Positions 1 through 9,895 of a stretch of DNA of 57,537 nt are shown piece after piece (position 1 is the first letter of the stretch; the number at the start of each line of letters is the position of its first letter). The position numbers and the translations under genes are program-made. The notes beneath the pieces were generated by a model that made no database searches, had not been told where the DNA came from, and saw only the letters and a list, made by a program, of their open reading frames with translations. The DNA lies in assembly GCA_964491945.1 (NCBI GenBank), contig CAZBHO010000012.1, forward strand, positions 1-57,537. Reading direction: 5' to 3'. The stretch is from an uncultured Verrucomicrobiota bacterium. GTDB lineage: Bacteria > Verrucomicrobiota > Kiritimatiellia > JAAZAB01.

Positions 1-2
1 TA

Positions 3-1448
3 GTACAATGCCATGGTACCTTTGACTTAATGCATCCTGGCCATATTTTTCATCTTGAAGAGGCAAAAAAATACGGAGATGTGCTCGTAGTTACTATTAC
101 TGGTGATAGATATGTTAGAAAGGGACCAGGTCGCCCTTTTTTTAATGAATCAATTAGGGCACACAGTTTGGCTTCATTAGCTTTTGTCGATTACGTTGTA
201 GTAATTCCTTATCCTTACGCTGTTGAAGCTATAGATGTGGTTCGCCCAGATGTTTATTGTAAAGGAGAAGATTACAAAAAAAATATCAGTGATATCAATT
301 CTAGGGTAAATGACGATATAAAAGCAGTAAAAAAGTATGGTGGGAAGGTGTGCTACGTTGGTAAATATATGTTTAGCTCATCTTCTCTTTTAAATAATAA
401 CTTTTCTGTTTTACCCCCCGAATGTTTTGAATGGATTAAAAACTTTAAACAAAAGTATCATTTTGATTCTATAGAAAAATATTTTAATAAAGGGAAAGAT
501 CTAAAATGTTTAGTTATAGGTGAAGCTATTTTGGATGAATATGTTTTTTGTGAAGGTTTAGGCAAATCTAACAAAGATCCGATTCTAGCTTTTAAATATC
601 TAAATAAAGAATGTTATAATGGAGGCTCTGTCGCTATAGCTAATCATTTATCATCGTTTTGCAAGGAGATAGGATTATTGTGTCAAATAGGAGATGAGTG
701 TGATAATGATGAGCGGTTTATAACAACAAATCTTAAAAACAATATTATTCCTTTTTTTATAAAGAAAAGAGATAGCTGCACTATTCGTAAAACTAGATAC
801 GTTGATAGTCACACTAATAATAGAGTATTTGAAGTTTACTATATGAATGATAAACCTGACATAAATTTTGATAAAGAAGCCATAAATGTTTTTAGGAAGA
901 TCATCGATGACTTTGATTTAATTATAATCGCTGATTATGGGCATGGCATGATTTCTGCTAAATTTGCAGATAATATTTGTAATGTTAATAAATTTATTTC
1001 GATAAATACCCAATCGAATGCTGGTAATAGAGGATTTAACACCATAACTAAATACGATAGAGCGGACTATATTTGTTTAGCAGCACACGAAGTAGCATTA
1101 GAAACACGCATGAAATATGCGCCTTTAGAAACATTGATTAAGGAAGTTGCATCGCTTATTAGATGTAACAATTTTACTATCACAAACGGCAAATATGGCA
1201 CTATTCATTATATCAAAGGAGGAAAATTCTTCTATGCTCCTGCTTTTGCTACAAAGATAGTTGATAGAGTTGGAGCTGGTGATGCAGTGCTAGCTGTTAG
1301 TTCTTTATTAATGAAGTTGAAAGCTCCATTGGAGATTGTTGGACTTGTTAGTAATATGGTTGGGGCTTCCATGGTTGCTGATCTAGGAAATAGAACAACT
1401 ATTCAAAAAGATGTATTATTAAGAAGTATCTCGTCACTGTTAAAATAA
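3..1448 (+). CDS. Bifunctional sugar-phosphate nucleotidyltransferase (N-terminal cytidylyltransferase fold) / PfkB-family sugar kinase (C-terminal). HldE/RfaE-like but with reversed domain order. The 5' end is cut by the window edge.
   Basis: The frame stays open back to base 3 (VQCHGTFDLMHPGH, the HxGH nucleotidyltransferase motif). The C-terminal half carries the PfkB signature DRVGAGDAVLA. Confidence 0.75.
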   Translation, partial: VQCHGTFDLMHPGHIFHLEEAKKYGDVLVVTITGDRYVRKGPGRPFFNESIRAHSLASLAFVDYVVVIPYPYAVEAIDVVRPDVYCKGEDYKKNISDINSRVNDDIKAVKKYGGKVCYVGKYMFSSSSLLNNNFSVLPPECFEWIKNFKQKYHFDSIEKYFNKGKDLKCLVIGEAILDEYVFCEGLGKSNKDPILAFKYLNKECYNGGSVAIANHLSSFCKEIGLLCQIGDECDNDERFITTNLKNNIIPFFIKKRDSCTIRKTRYVDSHTNNRVFEVYYMNDKPDINFDKEAINVFRKIIDDFDLIIIADYGHGMISAKFADNICNVNKFISINTQSNAGNRGFNTITKYDRADYICLAAHEVALETRMKYAPLETLIKEVASLIRCNNFTITNGKYGTIHYIKGGKFFYAPAFATKIVDRVGAGDAVLAVSSLLMKLKAPLEIVGLVSNMVGASMVADLGNRTTIQKDVLLRSISSLLK

Positions 1449-1464
1449 AGGATGATATAAAAAT

Positions 1465-2409
1465 ATGAATATATTAGTAACAGGTGGATGTGGCTATAAA
1501 GGAAGTGTTTTAGTTAAAAAACTTTTGCGTAGAGAACATAATGTTATAGTGGTTGATACATTATGGTTTGGAAGTTTTCTAGAAGATCACCCCTGCTTAA
1601 AAATAATAAAAAAGGATATCAGAGAAATTTCTGTAAATGACCTAGAAAATATTGATGTGGTTGTGCACTTAGCAAGTGTAGCTAATGATCCAAGTGCAGA
1701 ACTAGATCCTGTTTTGTCTTATGAAGTTAATGTTTTTGGCACAATGAAATTAATAGATGCTGCTGTTTGTGCAGGAGTAAAACAATTTATTTTTTTTTTT
1801 TTTGGTAGTGTGTATGGTATTAAAGAAGAAAAACAGGTTACAGAAGATCTGTCTCTTGTTCCTATAAGTAAATATAATATTACTAAAATGATTGGGGAGA
1901 GGATCTTATTTAGTTATCAAGATAAAATTATTTTGCAGTGCATAAGGCCGGCTACTGTCTGTGGTTTATCCCCGAGAATGAGATTTGATCTATCTGTTAA
2001 TATGTTAACTATTCAGGCGTTAACAACAGGAAAAATAAAAGTATTTGGAGGCAAGCAGATCAGACCAAATATTCATATTGAAGACATAACAGACTTGTAT
2101 ATATACTTTATAGACAGTGCTGGTAAATACACAGGGGTATACAATGCAGGATTTGAAAATTTAAGTATATTAGAAATTGCTGAAAAAGTAAGAAGTTATG
2201 TCCCCGCTGATATTGAAATACTTCATTCGAACGATCCCAGATCGTATAGATTAGACTCTACTAAACTATTATCTACATCTTATCGCCCGAAACGAACAGT
2301 AGATGATGCAATAAAAGAAATTATAGATGCTTATAACTTGGGCATATTGAAGGATGATGAAAGGTGTTATAACGTTAAATGGATGAAAAAACAATTAAAA
2401 TTAATGTAA
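1465..2409 (+). CDS. NAD-dependent sugar epimerase/dehydratase (extended SDR)
   Basis: N-terminal Rossmann motif ILVTGGCGYKGS and a YxxxK motif (SKYNITK). A T14 homopolymer (1790-1803) encodes FFFF where the SDR catalytic Ser/Thr motif normally sits. Confidence 0.75.
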   Translation: MNILVTGGCGYKGSVLVKKLLRREHNVIVVDTLWFGSFLEDHPCLKIIKKDIREISVNDLENIDVVVHLASVANDPSAELDPVLSYEVNVFGTMKLIDAAVCAGVKQFIFFFFGSVYGIKEEKQVTEDLSLVPISKYNITKMIGERILFSYQDKIILQCIRPATVCGLSPRMRFDLSVNMLTIQALTTGKIKVFGGKQIRPNIHIEDITDLYIYFIDSAGKYTGVYNAGFENLSILEIAEKVRSYVPADIEILHSNDPRSYRLDSTKLLSTSYRPKRTVDDAIKEIIDAYNLGILKDDERCYNVKWMKKQLKLM

Positions 2410-2418
2410 CAAAAACAC

Positions 2419-3255
2419 ATGAAATATATAGATGTTGACACCCTAAATAACATTGCATTAAAGATTAGACAAATAATTTTTGCAATATGTGTGAATGCAG
2501 GAGGGGCACATATAGGTCCTGCCTTGTCAATAGTAGAGCTCTTAGTAGTTTTGTACTGGGAAATACTTGATATAAATGATATTACGTCTATTAAGAGAGA
2601 TAGATTTATTCTTAGTAAAGGACATGGATGTGCAGCTTTATATGCTGTTCTAAAAGAAAAAGGTTTTTTACATAAAAAAGAGTTAAAAAATTTTTGTAAA
2701 ATAGAAGGTATATTAGGTGGCCATCCAGATTATAGGCTGATTAAGGGTATAGAAGCGTCTACAGGTTCATTAGGACATGGTATATGTATGGGAGTGGGTA
2801 TGGCGTACGTATTGTTAAAAAGTCCATCTAGAGTTTATGTTATATTGGGAGATGGCGAATGTCAGGAAGGTAGTGTTTGGGAAAGTTTTATGGCTGCGTC
2901 ACAACTTAAGTTGAATAATTTGTGTGTCATAATTGATTACAATAAACTACAGGGCATGGGTAACGTAAAGAACATTAATGATTTAGAACCTCTTTCTTCT
3001 AAAATGACATCCTTTGGTTGGGAAGTAAAAGAAGTAGATGGGCACAATTTAGTTGATATATACAAAGCGTTGAGTGATTTTAAAAATAACTATTATTCTA
3101 ATAAGCCGTTTTGTTTGATCGCTCATACGATAAAAGGCAAGGGTATATCTTACATGGAAAATAAGGCCATATGGCACTATAGATTACCTAATGATGAAGA
3201 AATAAATTGTGCATGTAAGGAACTGAAAATTAATAACCTTAACGAGATATTATAA
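2419..3255 (+). CDS. Transketolase, N-terminal (ThDP-binding) subunit of a split enzyme
   Basis: Motifs SKGHGCAALYA, GSLGHG and GDGECQEGSVWE are typical of the transketolase PP domain. The 278-aa length fits a split form. Confidence 0.85.
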   Translation: MKYIDVDTLNNIALKIRQIIFAICVNAGGAHIGPALSIVELLVVLYWEILDINDITSIKRDRFILSKGHGCAALYAVLKEKGFLHKKELKNFCKIEGILGGHPDYRLIKGIEASTGSLGHGICMGVGMAYVLLKSPSRVYVILGDGECQEGSVWESFMAASQLKLNNLCVIIDYNKLQGMGNVKNINDLEPLSSKMTSFGWEVKEVDGHNLVDIYKALSDFKNNYYSNKPFCLIAHTIKGKGISYMENKAIWHYRLPNDEEINCACKELKINNLNEIL

Positions 3256-4178
3256 TGAGAAACGCTTTTATAGAGGAAATGATTAGTATAGCAAATGACG
3301 AAAGAGTAATTATTTTATTAGCTGATAATGGAATTATAGTTTTTGATGAGTTTAGAAAAAGACATCCCGATAAGTTATTAAATCTTGGAATAGCCGAATC
3401 TAATCTAATTGGTATGGCGGCAGGTATATCGCTTTGTGGAAAGATCCCTTTTGTATATTCAATTATTCCCTTTTTAATTATGCGACCATTCGAATTTATT
3501 CGTGATGATGTGTGCTATCAAAATACAAACGTAAAATTAGTAGGTATAGGAGCAGGTTTTGCTTATTCAACATTAGGGCCAACACATCATGGAACAGAAG
3601 ACATAAGTATTATGAGATGTTTACCTGGTATGACAATAATTTCGCCAGCCGATCCTATAGAAACACGTAAAGCTACCCGTGCTGCATTTATACATAATGG
3701 TCCTGTGTATCTAAGAATAGGTACAGGGAAGAATCCTGTGGTTACTTCTATAAATGATAACTTTAGTATTGGTCTAGGACAAATTTTATTAGAAGGCTCC
3801 GACCTTGCTATAATAAGCCATGGCACTATATTGCACGAATTGATAAAAGTTTGCGAGATATTGGCTAAAAGAGGAGTTCGCTGCCGCCTGATTAACATGT
3901 CCACTATCAAGCCTCTTGATTACAACTTAATAAACGAGACTTTTTCAAATTTTGATTATGTTTTTTCTATAGAAGAGCATGTTATTGCAGGTGGATTAGG
4001 AAGTGCTATTGCAGAATATATATCAGAAATGCCCACAAAAGTGAAACTATTTAAAAGAATTGGTATAGTGGATACTTTCGTTAAAAGTTATGGTACGTTA
4101 AATGAACTACGAAAAAAGTATGGATTAACAGCCGAAATGTTATCAAAAACTATTTTAGAAGCAATCTCTAATCATTGA
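3255..4178 (+). CDS. Transketolase, C-terminal (pyrimidine-binding plus C-terminal domain) subunit
   Basis: The ATG overlaps the upstream stop (ATAATG). GIAESNLIGMAAG and GPTHHGTEDI resemble the transketolase Pyr domain. Confidence 0.85.
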   Translation: MRNAFIEEMISIANDERVIILLADNGIIVFDEFRKRHPDKLLNLGIAESNLIGMAAGISLCGKIPFVYSIIPFLIMRPFEFIRDDVCYQNTNVKLVGIGAGFAYSTLGPTHHGTEDISIMRCLPGMTIISPADPIETRKATRAAFIHNGPVYLRIGTGKNPVVTSINDNFSIGLGQILLEGSDLAIISHGTILHELIKVCEILAKRGVRCRLINMSTIKPLDYNLINETFSNFDYVFSIEEHVIAGGLGSAIAEYISEMPTKVKLFKRIGIVDTFVKSYGTLNELRKKYGLTAEMLSKTILEAISNH

Positions 4179-4183
4179 ACTAT

Positions 4184-5056
4184 ATGAAAACCGTATTAAT
4201 TACAGGGGCTTCAGGATATATTGGACAGCATTTATGCAGATATTTTGTGAATAAGAAGTATAATGTAATTGGTGTATATAATAAAACCTATCCATTGAAT
4301 CTTGTAGATTCTTTAGACAAAAAATATTTTAGAGTAGTCAAGCTAGATTTATCGAGGCCTATAGAATTTTGGGATAAGAGCGATTATATTATACATTGTG
4401 CTGCTTATTCAAAAAAAACTGGGCATAACGTCATGGAATATGTTTCTAATATATTATCTACCTATCAAATAGCTGAATATGGAAGGAGAATTAATGTTAA
4501 ATTATTAATCCATTTATCTACAATTTCTGTCCATGGAGATATTAGAAGTGTAATAGTTGACGAAAATACTGATGTAATTAATCCATCTAACTACGGCCTA
4601 TCTAAATTGTTATCTGAACAATTACTATTAGAATACAAACAGCACTTTCCCTCTATTTCCATCCGTTTACCTGGTGTGTTAGCATATTCGTTCTCTGGCA
4701 TATGGCTTGCTCAAACAATTAAGACAGTTATGAATAATCTACAATGTCAAATATATAATCCCGATTCTTATTTTAACAATGTTGTATGGATAGATGATCT
4801 TTCTCTATTTATAGAAAATTTATTTAATAACAATACTGCATATTGTGGAGCATTCCCAATTGGAGCACAAGAACCCATGCTTATACATGATATGGTCAAT
4901 TTTATCAAAGATGTTTTACACTCTAAGTCAGATATTGTTGTTATGCCTAGCGATAAAATTTCATTTACAATATCTAACAAAATAGCCAATGCTTTTGGAT
5001 ATCAACCTAGAAAAGTTAAAGACATTATAGAAACCTTTATTAAGGAGGTTTGTTAA
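4184..5056 (+). CDS. NAD-dependent sugar epimerase/reductase (SDR)
   Basis: VLITGASGYIGQHL Rossmann motif and a YxxxK motif (NYGLSK). The ATG at 4184 is preferred over the TTG at 4175. Confidence 0.7.
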   Translation: MKTVLITGASGYIGQHLCRYFVNKKYNVIGVYNKTYPLNLVDSLDKKYFRVVKLDLSRPIEFWDKSDYIIHCAAYSKKTGHNVMEYVSNILSTYQIAEYGRRINVKLLIHLSTISVHGDIRSVIVDENTDVINPSNYGLSKLLSEQLLLEYKQHFPSISIRLPGVLAYSFSGIWLAQTIKTVMNNLQCQIYNPDSYFNNVVWIDDLSLFIENLFNNNTAYCGAFPIGAQEPMLIHDMVNFIKDVLHSKSDIVVMPSDKISFTISNKIANAFGYQPRKVKDIIETFIKEVC

Positions 5057-5724
5057 AGGTTATGGGAGAACTGTTACATATCATTAACAATCTGCATAAA
5101 AAAACAAAACGTGAATATCTGCCTAGAATGAACGAAAATAAAGTTGAAGCCATGACAAAGGCTAGAGAGTTTGGAAAGGATTTTTGGGATGGCGACAGAA
5201 GATATGGATATGGTGGATATGTATACGATGGGAGATGGAAACCTATAGCAGAAATGTTTATTAAAACATATCAATTAAACAACCAATCAAAAGTTTTAGA
5301 TGTTGGATGTGGTAAAGGATTCCTGTTATATGAAATAAAAAGTTTACTGCCAGGTATTGAAATAGCAGGATTTGATGTATCCGAATATGCTATAAAAAAC
5401 TCAAAAGAAGAAATAAGAGATTTCTTATTTGTACATAAAGCTCAGGATATTTATCCCTATGGTGATAAATATTTTGATCTAGTGATTTCAAATCTTACAT
5501 TGCACAATTTATATGTATATGAATTAAAGATAGCTTTGCAAGAGATAGAACGTGTGGGTAAACAAAAATACATTTCTGTTGAGAGTTATAGGAATATTCA
5601 AGAGCTATTCAATCTCCAATGTTGGGCGCTAACATGTAAAGCTTTCTTTAGCACAGGAGAATGGATATGGTTGTTTAAACACTTTGGTTACACAGGAGAT
5701 TATGAATTTATTTATTTTGAGTAA
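5050..5724 (+). CDS. Class I SAM-dependent methyltransferase
   Basis: Motif I VLDVGCGKGFLL. The start is ambiguous between TTG 5050 and ATG 5062, with an AGGAGG at 5042-5047. Confidence 0.7.
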   Translation: MLKVMGELLHIINNLHKKTKREYLPRMNENKVEAMTKAREFGKDFWDGDRRYGYGGYVYDGRWKPIAEMFIKTYQLNNQSKVLDVGCGKGFLLYEIKSLLPGIEIAGFDVSEYAIKNSKEEIRDFLFVHKAQDIYPYGDKYFDLVISNLTLHNLYVYELKIALQEIERVGKQKYISVESYRNIQELFNLQCWALTCKAFFSTGEWIWLFKHFGYTGDYEFIYFE

Positions 5725-5731
5725 GTAAATT

Positions 5732-6805
5732 ATGGGACTTTTATATTCCAAATTAAAAATTTTTCATTATCCTGAAAAGATTGTTTCTTTGCCACAAGAT
5801 AATCCAAAGATAACTGCCCCCATTCATATTCGTATAAAACCAATTAATGCATGTAATCATAATTGTTCATGGTGTGCATACAGGAATCCAAATCTACAGT
5901 TAGGCCAGGATATGAATTTAAAAGATTACATTCCAAGACATAAGATGATGGAGATACTAAATGATATATCAGAAATGGGTGTGAGGGCAGTTACTTTTAG
6001 TGGTGGAGGTGAACCTTTAATATATCCTCATATTATAGAATCAATTAAATTTTTAGCTGATCACAAGATCAATTTTGCCACATTAACTAATGGTGCTAAT
6101 TTACAAGGTGAAATAGCTGAATTATTTGCCTTGTATGGAACATGGGTAAGAATATCTATGGATGGTTGGGATGATGAAAGCTACAAACAGTTAAGGAATG
6201 TTAAACATGGAGAATTCACCAAGATAGTTACTAATATGACAAACTTTAAAAAAATAAGAGGAATGCGATGTTATTTAGGAGTTAATTACGTTATAGGTCT
6301 AGAAAACTATAATCATATTTTTGATTTCGTTAATAGGATAAAAGATACAGGCATAGATAGTATAAAGTTTTCACCAAGAATTGTAAGTAATGACGGACAA
6401 GAGAACCAAAAATATCATAATCAGATCTTGAAAGAAGTAAAGCGACAAATAGCAAAAGCTGTAGATAAGTTTGCTAGTAATAAATTAGAAATTTCTGATT
6501 CTTTTTCTGAATTAGACACTAGTTTTTATAAAAATTATGATTGGTGCCCATATCTTCAAATTCTAGTCGTTATTGGTGCAGACCAAAATGTATATTCGTG
6601 TCAAGATAAAGCATATAATACACATTGTGGCTTATTGGGAACCTTGAAAGATAAATCTTTTAAAGACTTTTGGTTTAATGGAAAAGAAAAATTTTTTAGC
6701 ATAATTCCGCGAAGAGATTGTAATCATCATTGTGCTGTAGACTGTAGAAATAAGTTGCTTATAGATTATTTTAATATTGATAAAGAACATTTATCTTTTG
6801 TTTAA
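5732..6805 (+). CDS. Radical SAM enzyme with a Cys-rich C-terminal region
   Basis: CNHNCSWCAY gives a CxxxCxxC cluster near the N-terminus, and an SGGGEPL glycine motif follows. Extra C-terminal cysteines (CPYL..YSCQ..CNHHCAVDC) suggest an auxiliary Fe-S site. Confidence 0.75.
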   Translation: MGLLYSKLKIFHYPEKIVSLPQDNPKITAPIHIRIKPINACNHNCSWCAYRNPNLQLGQDMNLKDYIPRHKMMEILNDISEMGVRAVTFSGGGEPLIYPHIIESIKFLADHKINFATLTNGANLQGEIAELFALYGTWVRISMDGWDDESYKQLRNVKHGEFTKIVTNMTNFKKIRGMRCYLGVNYVIGLENYNHIFDFVNRIKDTGIDSIKFSPRIVSNDGQENQKYHNQILKEVKRQIAKAVDKFASNKLEISDSFSELDTSFYKNYDWCPYLQILVVIGADQNVYSCQDKAYNTHCGLLGTLKDKSFKDFWFNGKEKFFSIIPRRDCNHHCAVDCRNKLLIDYFNIDKEHLSFV

Positions 6806-6858
6806 TTTGTTTTAGAATAGTTTAAAAAATTTTATGACAAGGATAAGATAGGTATTTT

Positions 6859-7563
6859 ATGGATTACATTAAGCAAATAAATAAAGAACCTTATGTGTAT
6901 ATTGAGAATGCCAAAAATCTATTGCATTGGGATAATAACAAAAAAATTATATATAATCAAAGAAACAGACAAACATTAAAATTTTTTTTCTATAGACAAA
7001 TATTTGATTATATTGAAACCAATAATATTAAAGGACATTACTTTGAGTTTGGATGCCACAAAGCACGTACTTTTCGTATGGCACTAACGGAAGCGAGAAA
7101 GCATTTAATAGAAGATATGCTATTTTTTGCTTTTGACAGCTTTGAAGGATTGCCACCTACTCCCAAGTATATAAAGGTTAAGAATTGGAAAAAAGGTGCT
7201 CTATATACGTCCGAAAAAACATTTATGAATTTAATAAGAAAACATGGATTATATATAGAAAAAGTAAAATTGATAAAAGGATTTTACAATCAATCATTAA
7301 CTTCAAAATTACAAAAAGACTTCCTAAAAAACAATTGGAAAATAGCTTTAGTTACAATAGATTGTGATTTATATTCTTCAGCTAAACCAGTGTTCTCTTT
7401 TATAGATCCTCTACTCCAAAAGGGTAGTATATTATACATAGACGACTTTTTTGTAGGTGGAGATATAGATATCGCTTTTTATGAATACAGAAAAAAGAGT
7501 AAGTGGTCCTTTGTTGAACACATGCAAATTGGATGGTGGGGAAAATCTTATATTGTTAAATAA
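6859..7563 (+). CDS. TylF/MycF-like sugar O-methyltransferase
   Basis: The size and the IDCDLYSS segment resemble the metal-binding D-x-D-L-Y-x-S motif of the macrocin O-methyltransferase family. This is a recollection, not a search result. Confidence 0.5.
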   Translation: MDYIKQINKEPYVYIENAKNLLHWDNNKKIIYNQRNRQTLKFFFYRQIFDYIETNNIKGHYFEFGCHKARTFRMALTEARKHLIEDMLFFAFDSFEGLPPTPKYIKVKNWKKGALYTSEKTFMNLIRKHGLYIEKVKLIKGFYNQSLTSKLQKDFLKNNWKIALVTIDCDLYSSAKPVFSFIDPLLQKGSILYIDDFFVGGDIDIAFYEYRKKSKWSFVEHMQIGWWGKSYIVK

Positions 7564-7595
7564 TTATGATTATTGCCAATCTTTATAGATGATAA

Positions 7596-8756
7596 ATGAT
7601 ATCAACTATGTTTCAAAATTGTCCAATCTGTCGCAATAATAAAATTAAACCTTTATTAGACTGCGGAAGCTCTCCATTGTGCCTTTTTGATAAAATTAGA
7701 TGGAGTCAAAAGAACTACTTTAAAAAATTAGAAATATTTTTTTGCAATAAATGTGGACATATTTTCAATAAATCCTGTGTTGATTTGACAAACTATTATA
7801 AAAACGATCTGTTAAATGCCAATCTATCAGCAAATTTATCTATGAATTATAAACGGTTTAAAGACATAGTTAAGTTGATAGGAGTTAATCGATTATATAA
7901 ATCTAAAATACTAGATATAGGAGCTGGTTGTGGAGCTTTAGCTCTATATTTAACTAAATATGCAAAAAAAGTAACCATATGTGAACCGAATAAAAACATT
8001 CTAGGCAATGATTTGTTAAGTAAAAAAATTGTTATAATAAACGATTTTTTTGATAAAACTTTTGTAACAGAAAAATTTGATATTGTAATTGTTAAACAAG
8101 TATTAGAACATGTGCCAGATCCAATAACCTTTATGGGCATTATAAAAGATGTATTAAGTAGTGATGGAATTATTTATTTAGAAGTTCCTAATGTGGATTT
8201 TGTGTTGCAAAACGTGTATTTCTGTAGTTTTTATCACCCCCATCAACATTATTTTTCGCCTTCTACTATTAGTATGTTATGTAATAAGATAGGATTGAGT
8301 ATATTATCTTTTGAATACATAACTGGTGGCAATGATATGGCATTGATACTGTCAAAATCAGATATAAAGAGCATAGCATGCCATAATCAAAAAAAATACA
8401 ATTTGAATAAAATGAAAAATAGATTTAACAATAAAATATATAAATGTAATTATAACATAAAAAAGATAAAGCCTCCTATTTTCTTGTATTGTGCTAATTG
8501 GACAACAAGTTCCTTCTGTAATTTTATTCATTCTAATAGTATGTTTGACGGCGTATTGGATGATTTTGTAAAAACAGGTTCTTTTTTAATAAGCTCTAAT
8601 TTTGGCAACTTGCCCATTTTTAATGTTAATGATATAGATATTACAAAAAATATAAGTTCTATTATCATACCCTCTTTGTTGCACTATGAGAGTATAGCAA
8701 ATAGATTAAGAAACGAACTAAATTTTAGTGGCAAAATATATTCTTTTAACATCTAG
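7596..8756 (+). CDS. Zn-ribbon plus class I methyltransferase, resembling NDP-hexose C-methyltransferases (TylCIII-type architecture)
   Basis: An N-terminal CPICxn..CNKCGH four-Cys ribbon, SAM motif ILDIGAGCG, and a C-terminal extra domain of about 130 aa. Confidence 0.6.
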   Translation: MISTMFQNCPICRNNKIKPLLDCGSSPLCLFDKIRWSQKNYFKKLEIFFCNKCGHIFNKSCVDLTNYYKNDLLNANLSANLSMNYKRFKDIVKLIGVNRLYKSKILDIGAGCGALALYLTKYAKKVTICEPNKNILGNDLLSKKIVIINDFFDKTFVTEKFDIVIVKQVLEHVPDPITFMGIIKDVLSSDGIIYLEVPNVDFVLQNVYFCSFYHPHQHYFSPSTISMLCNKIGLSILSFEYITGGNDMALILSKSDIKSIACHNQKKYNLNKMKNRFNNKIYKCNYNIKKIKPPIFLYCANWTTSSFCNFIHSNSMFDGVLDDFVKTGSFLISSNFGNLPIFNVNDIDITKNISSIIIPSLLHYESIANRLRNELNFSGKIYSFNI

Positions 8757-8773
8757 GTAACATTTAATATTTT

Positions 8774-9877
8774 ATGAAAAAGGCGATAGTAATAGGTGGG
8801 GGTTTCACGGGTTGTACTTGGGCATTTTTACTTGCAAAAAGAGGTTTTGAAGTAATCCTCTTAGAGAGAGAACATTATCTTGGCGGTGGATGTAAAACCT
8901 TTTATTATGGTGGACATCCCTATACTATAGGTCCTAGGCATTTAATTACCAATAAGATGAATATAGTTGAATTTTTGGAAACAATAACACCTATGCGTAA
9001 ACTTGAACATTATATTCTAACCTATGTTGAGAAAGATGGTAGTTTTTATTCGTATCCTCCACATATTGATGATATAGAGAGAATGCCTGATAAAGAACTT
9101 ATATATCAGGAATTGGATAACAGACAAGGCATCGATAATGCCAATAATTTTGAGGATTATTGGATCCGTTCAGTTGGATATACATTGTATAATAAGTTTG
9201 TGAAACACTACTCATATAAGATGTGGCAGATAGATTCTAATAAGTTTATAGATGATTTTAAATTCGATGGTAAAGGTATTAAATTAGTAACAGGCAGTAA
9301 GCAAGTTTCTCCTGATTGGTTTGTAGGTTATCCTTTAAAATTAAACGGATGGGATGATTATTTCGCTTTTACTACTTCAAATTTAAATATAAAGATATAC
9401 ACTGATGTTCGTATAGAAAAATATGATCTGCATCAAAAAACTGTTCATATTGATAATGAGCAAATCAAGTCTGATATAATAGTTTCCTCCGTTTCTGTAG
9501 ATGAATTGTTTTCTTATGAACTAGGAGAATTACCTTATATGGGGCGTGATTTTCATAAATTAGTACTGCCTATTGAGTATGTTTTCCCCGATCCAATATA
9601 CTTTATTCATTATTCGGGAGATGAAGCGTTTACAAGAGTAGTAGAGTATAAAAAACTAACAGGATACAAATCTAATAGCACTTTGTTAGGTATAGAAATT
9701 CCTTCAAAAAATAAAAAGTATTATCCTTATCCCATAAAAAGATATCAAGAGTTAGCTCAAAATTACATAAAAATGTTACCAAAAAATGTCATTAGTGTAG
9801 GTAGATTAGGAAACTATAAGTATATGGATATTGATGACGTAGTAGATGAAGCTTTCAAAAGAATCCATGAAATATAA
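8774..9877 (+). CDS. glf: UDP-galactopyranose mutase-like flavoenzyme
   Basis: FAD motif AIVIGGGFTGC..LLEREHYLGGG and C-terminal GRLGNYKYMDIDDVV, which is typical of Glf. The 367-aa length fits. Confidence 0.75.
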   Translation: MKKAIVIGGGFTGCTWAFLLAKRGFEVILLEREHYLGGGCKTFYYGGHPYTIGPRHLITNKMNIVEFLETITPMRKLEHYILTYVEKDGSFYSYPPHIDDIERMPDKELIYQELDNRQGIDNANNFEDYWIRSVGYTLYNKFVKHYSYKMWQIDSNKFIDDFKFDGKGIKLVTGSKQVSPDWFVGYPLKLNGWDDYFAFTTSNLNIKIYTDVRIEKYDLHQKTVHIDNEQIKSDIIVSSVSVDELFSYELGELPYMGRDFHKLVLPIEYVFPDPIYFIHYSGDEAFTRVVEYKKLTGYKSNSTLLGIEIPSKNKKYYPYPIKRYQELAQNYIKMLPKNVISVGRLGNYKYMDIDDVVDEAFKRIHEI

Positions 9878-9895
9878 AAATCAAGGAGAACAGGG

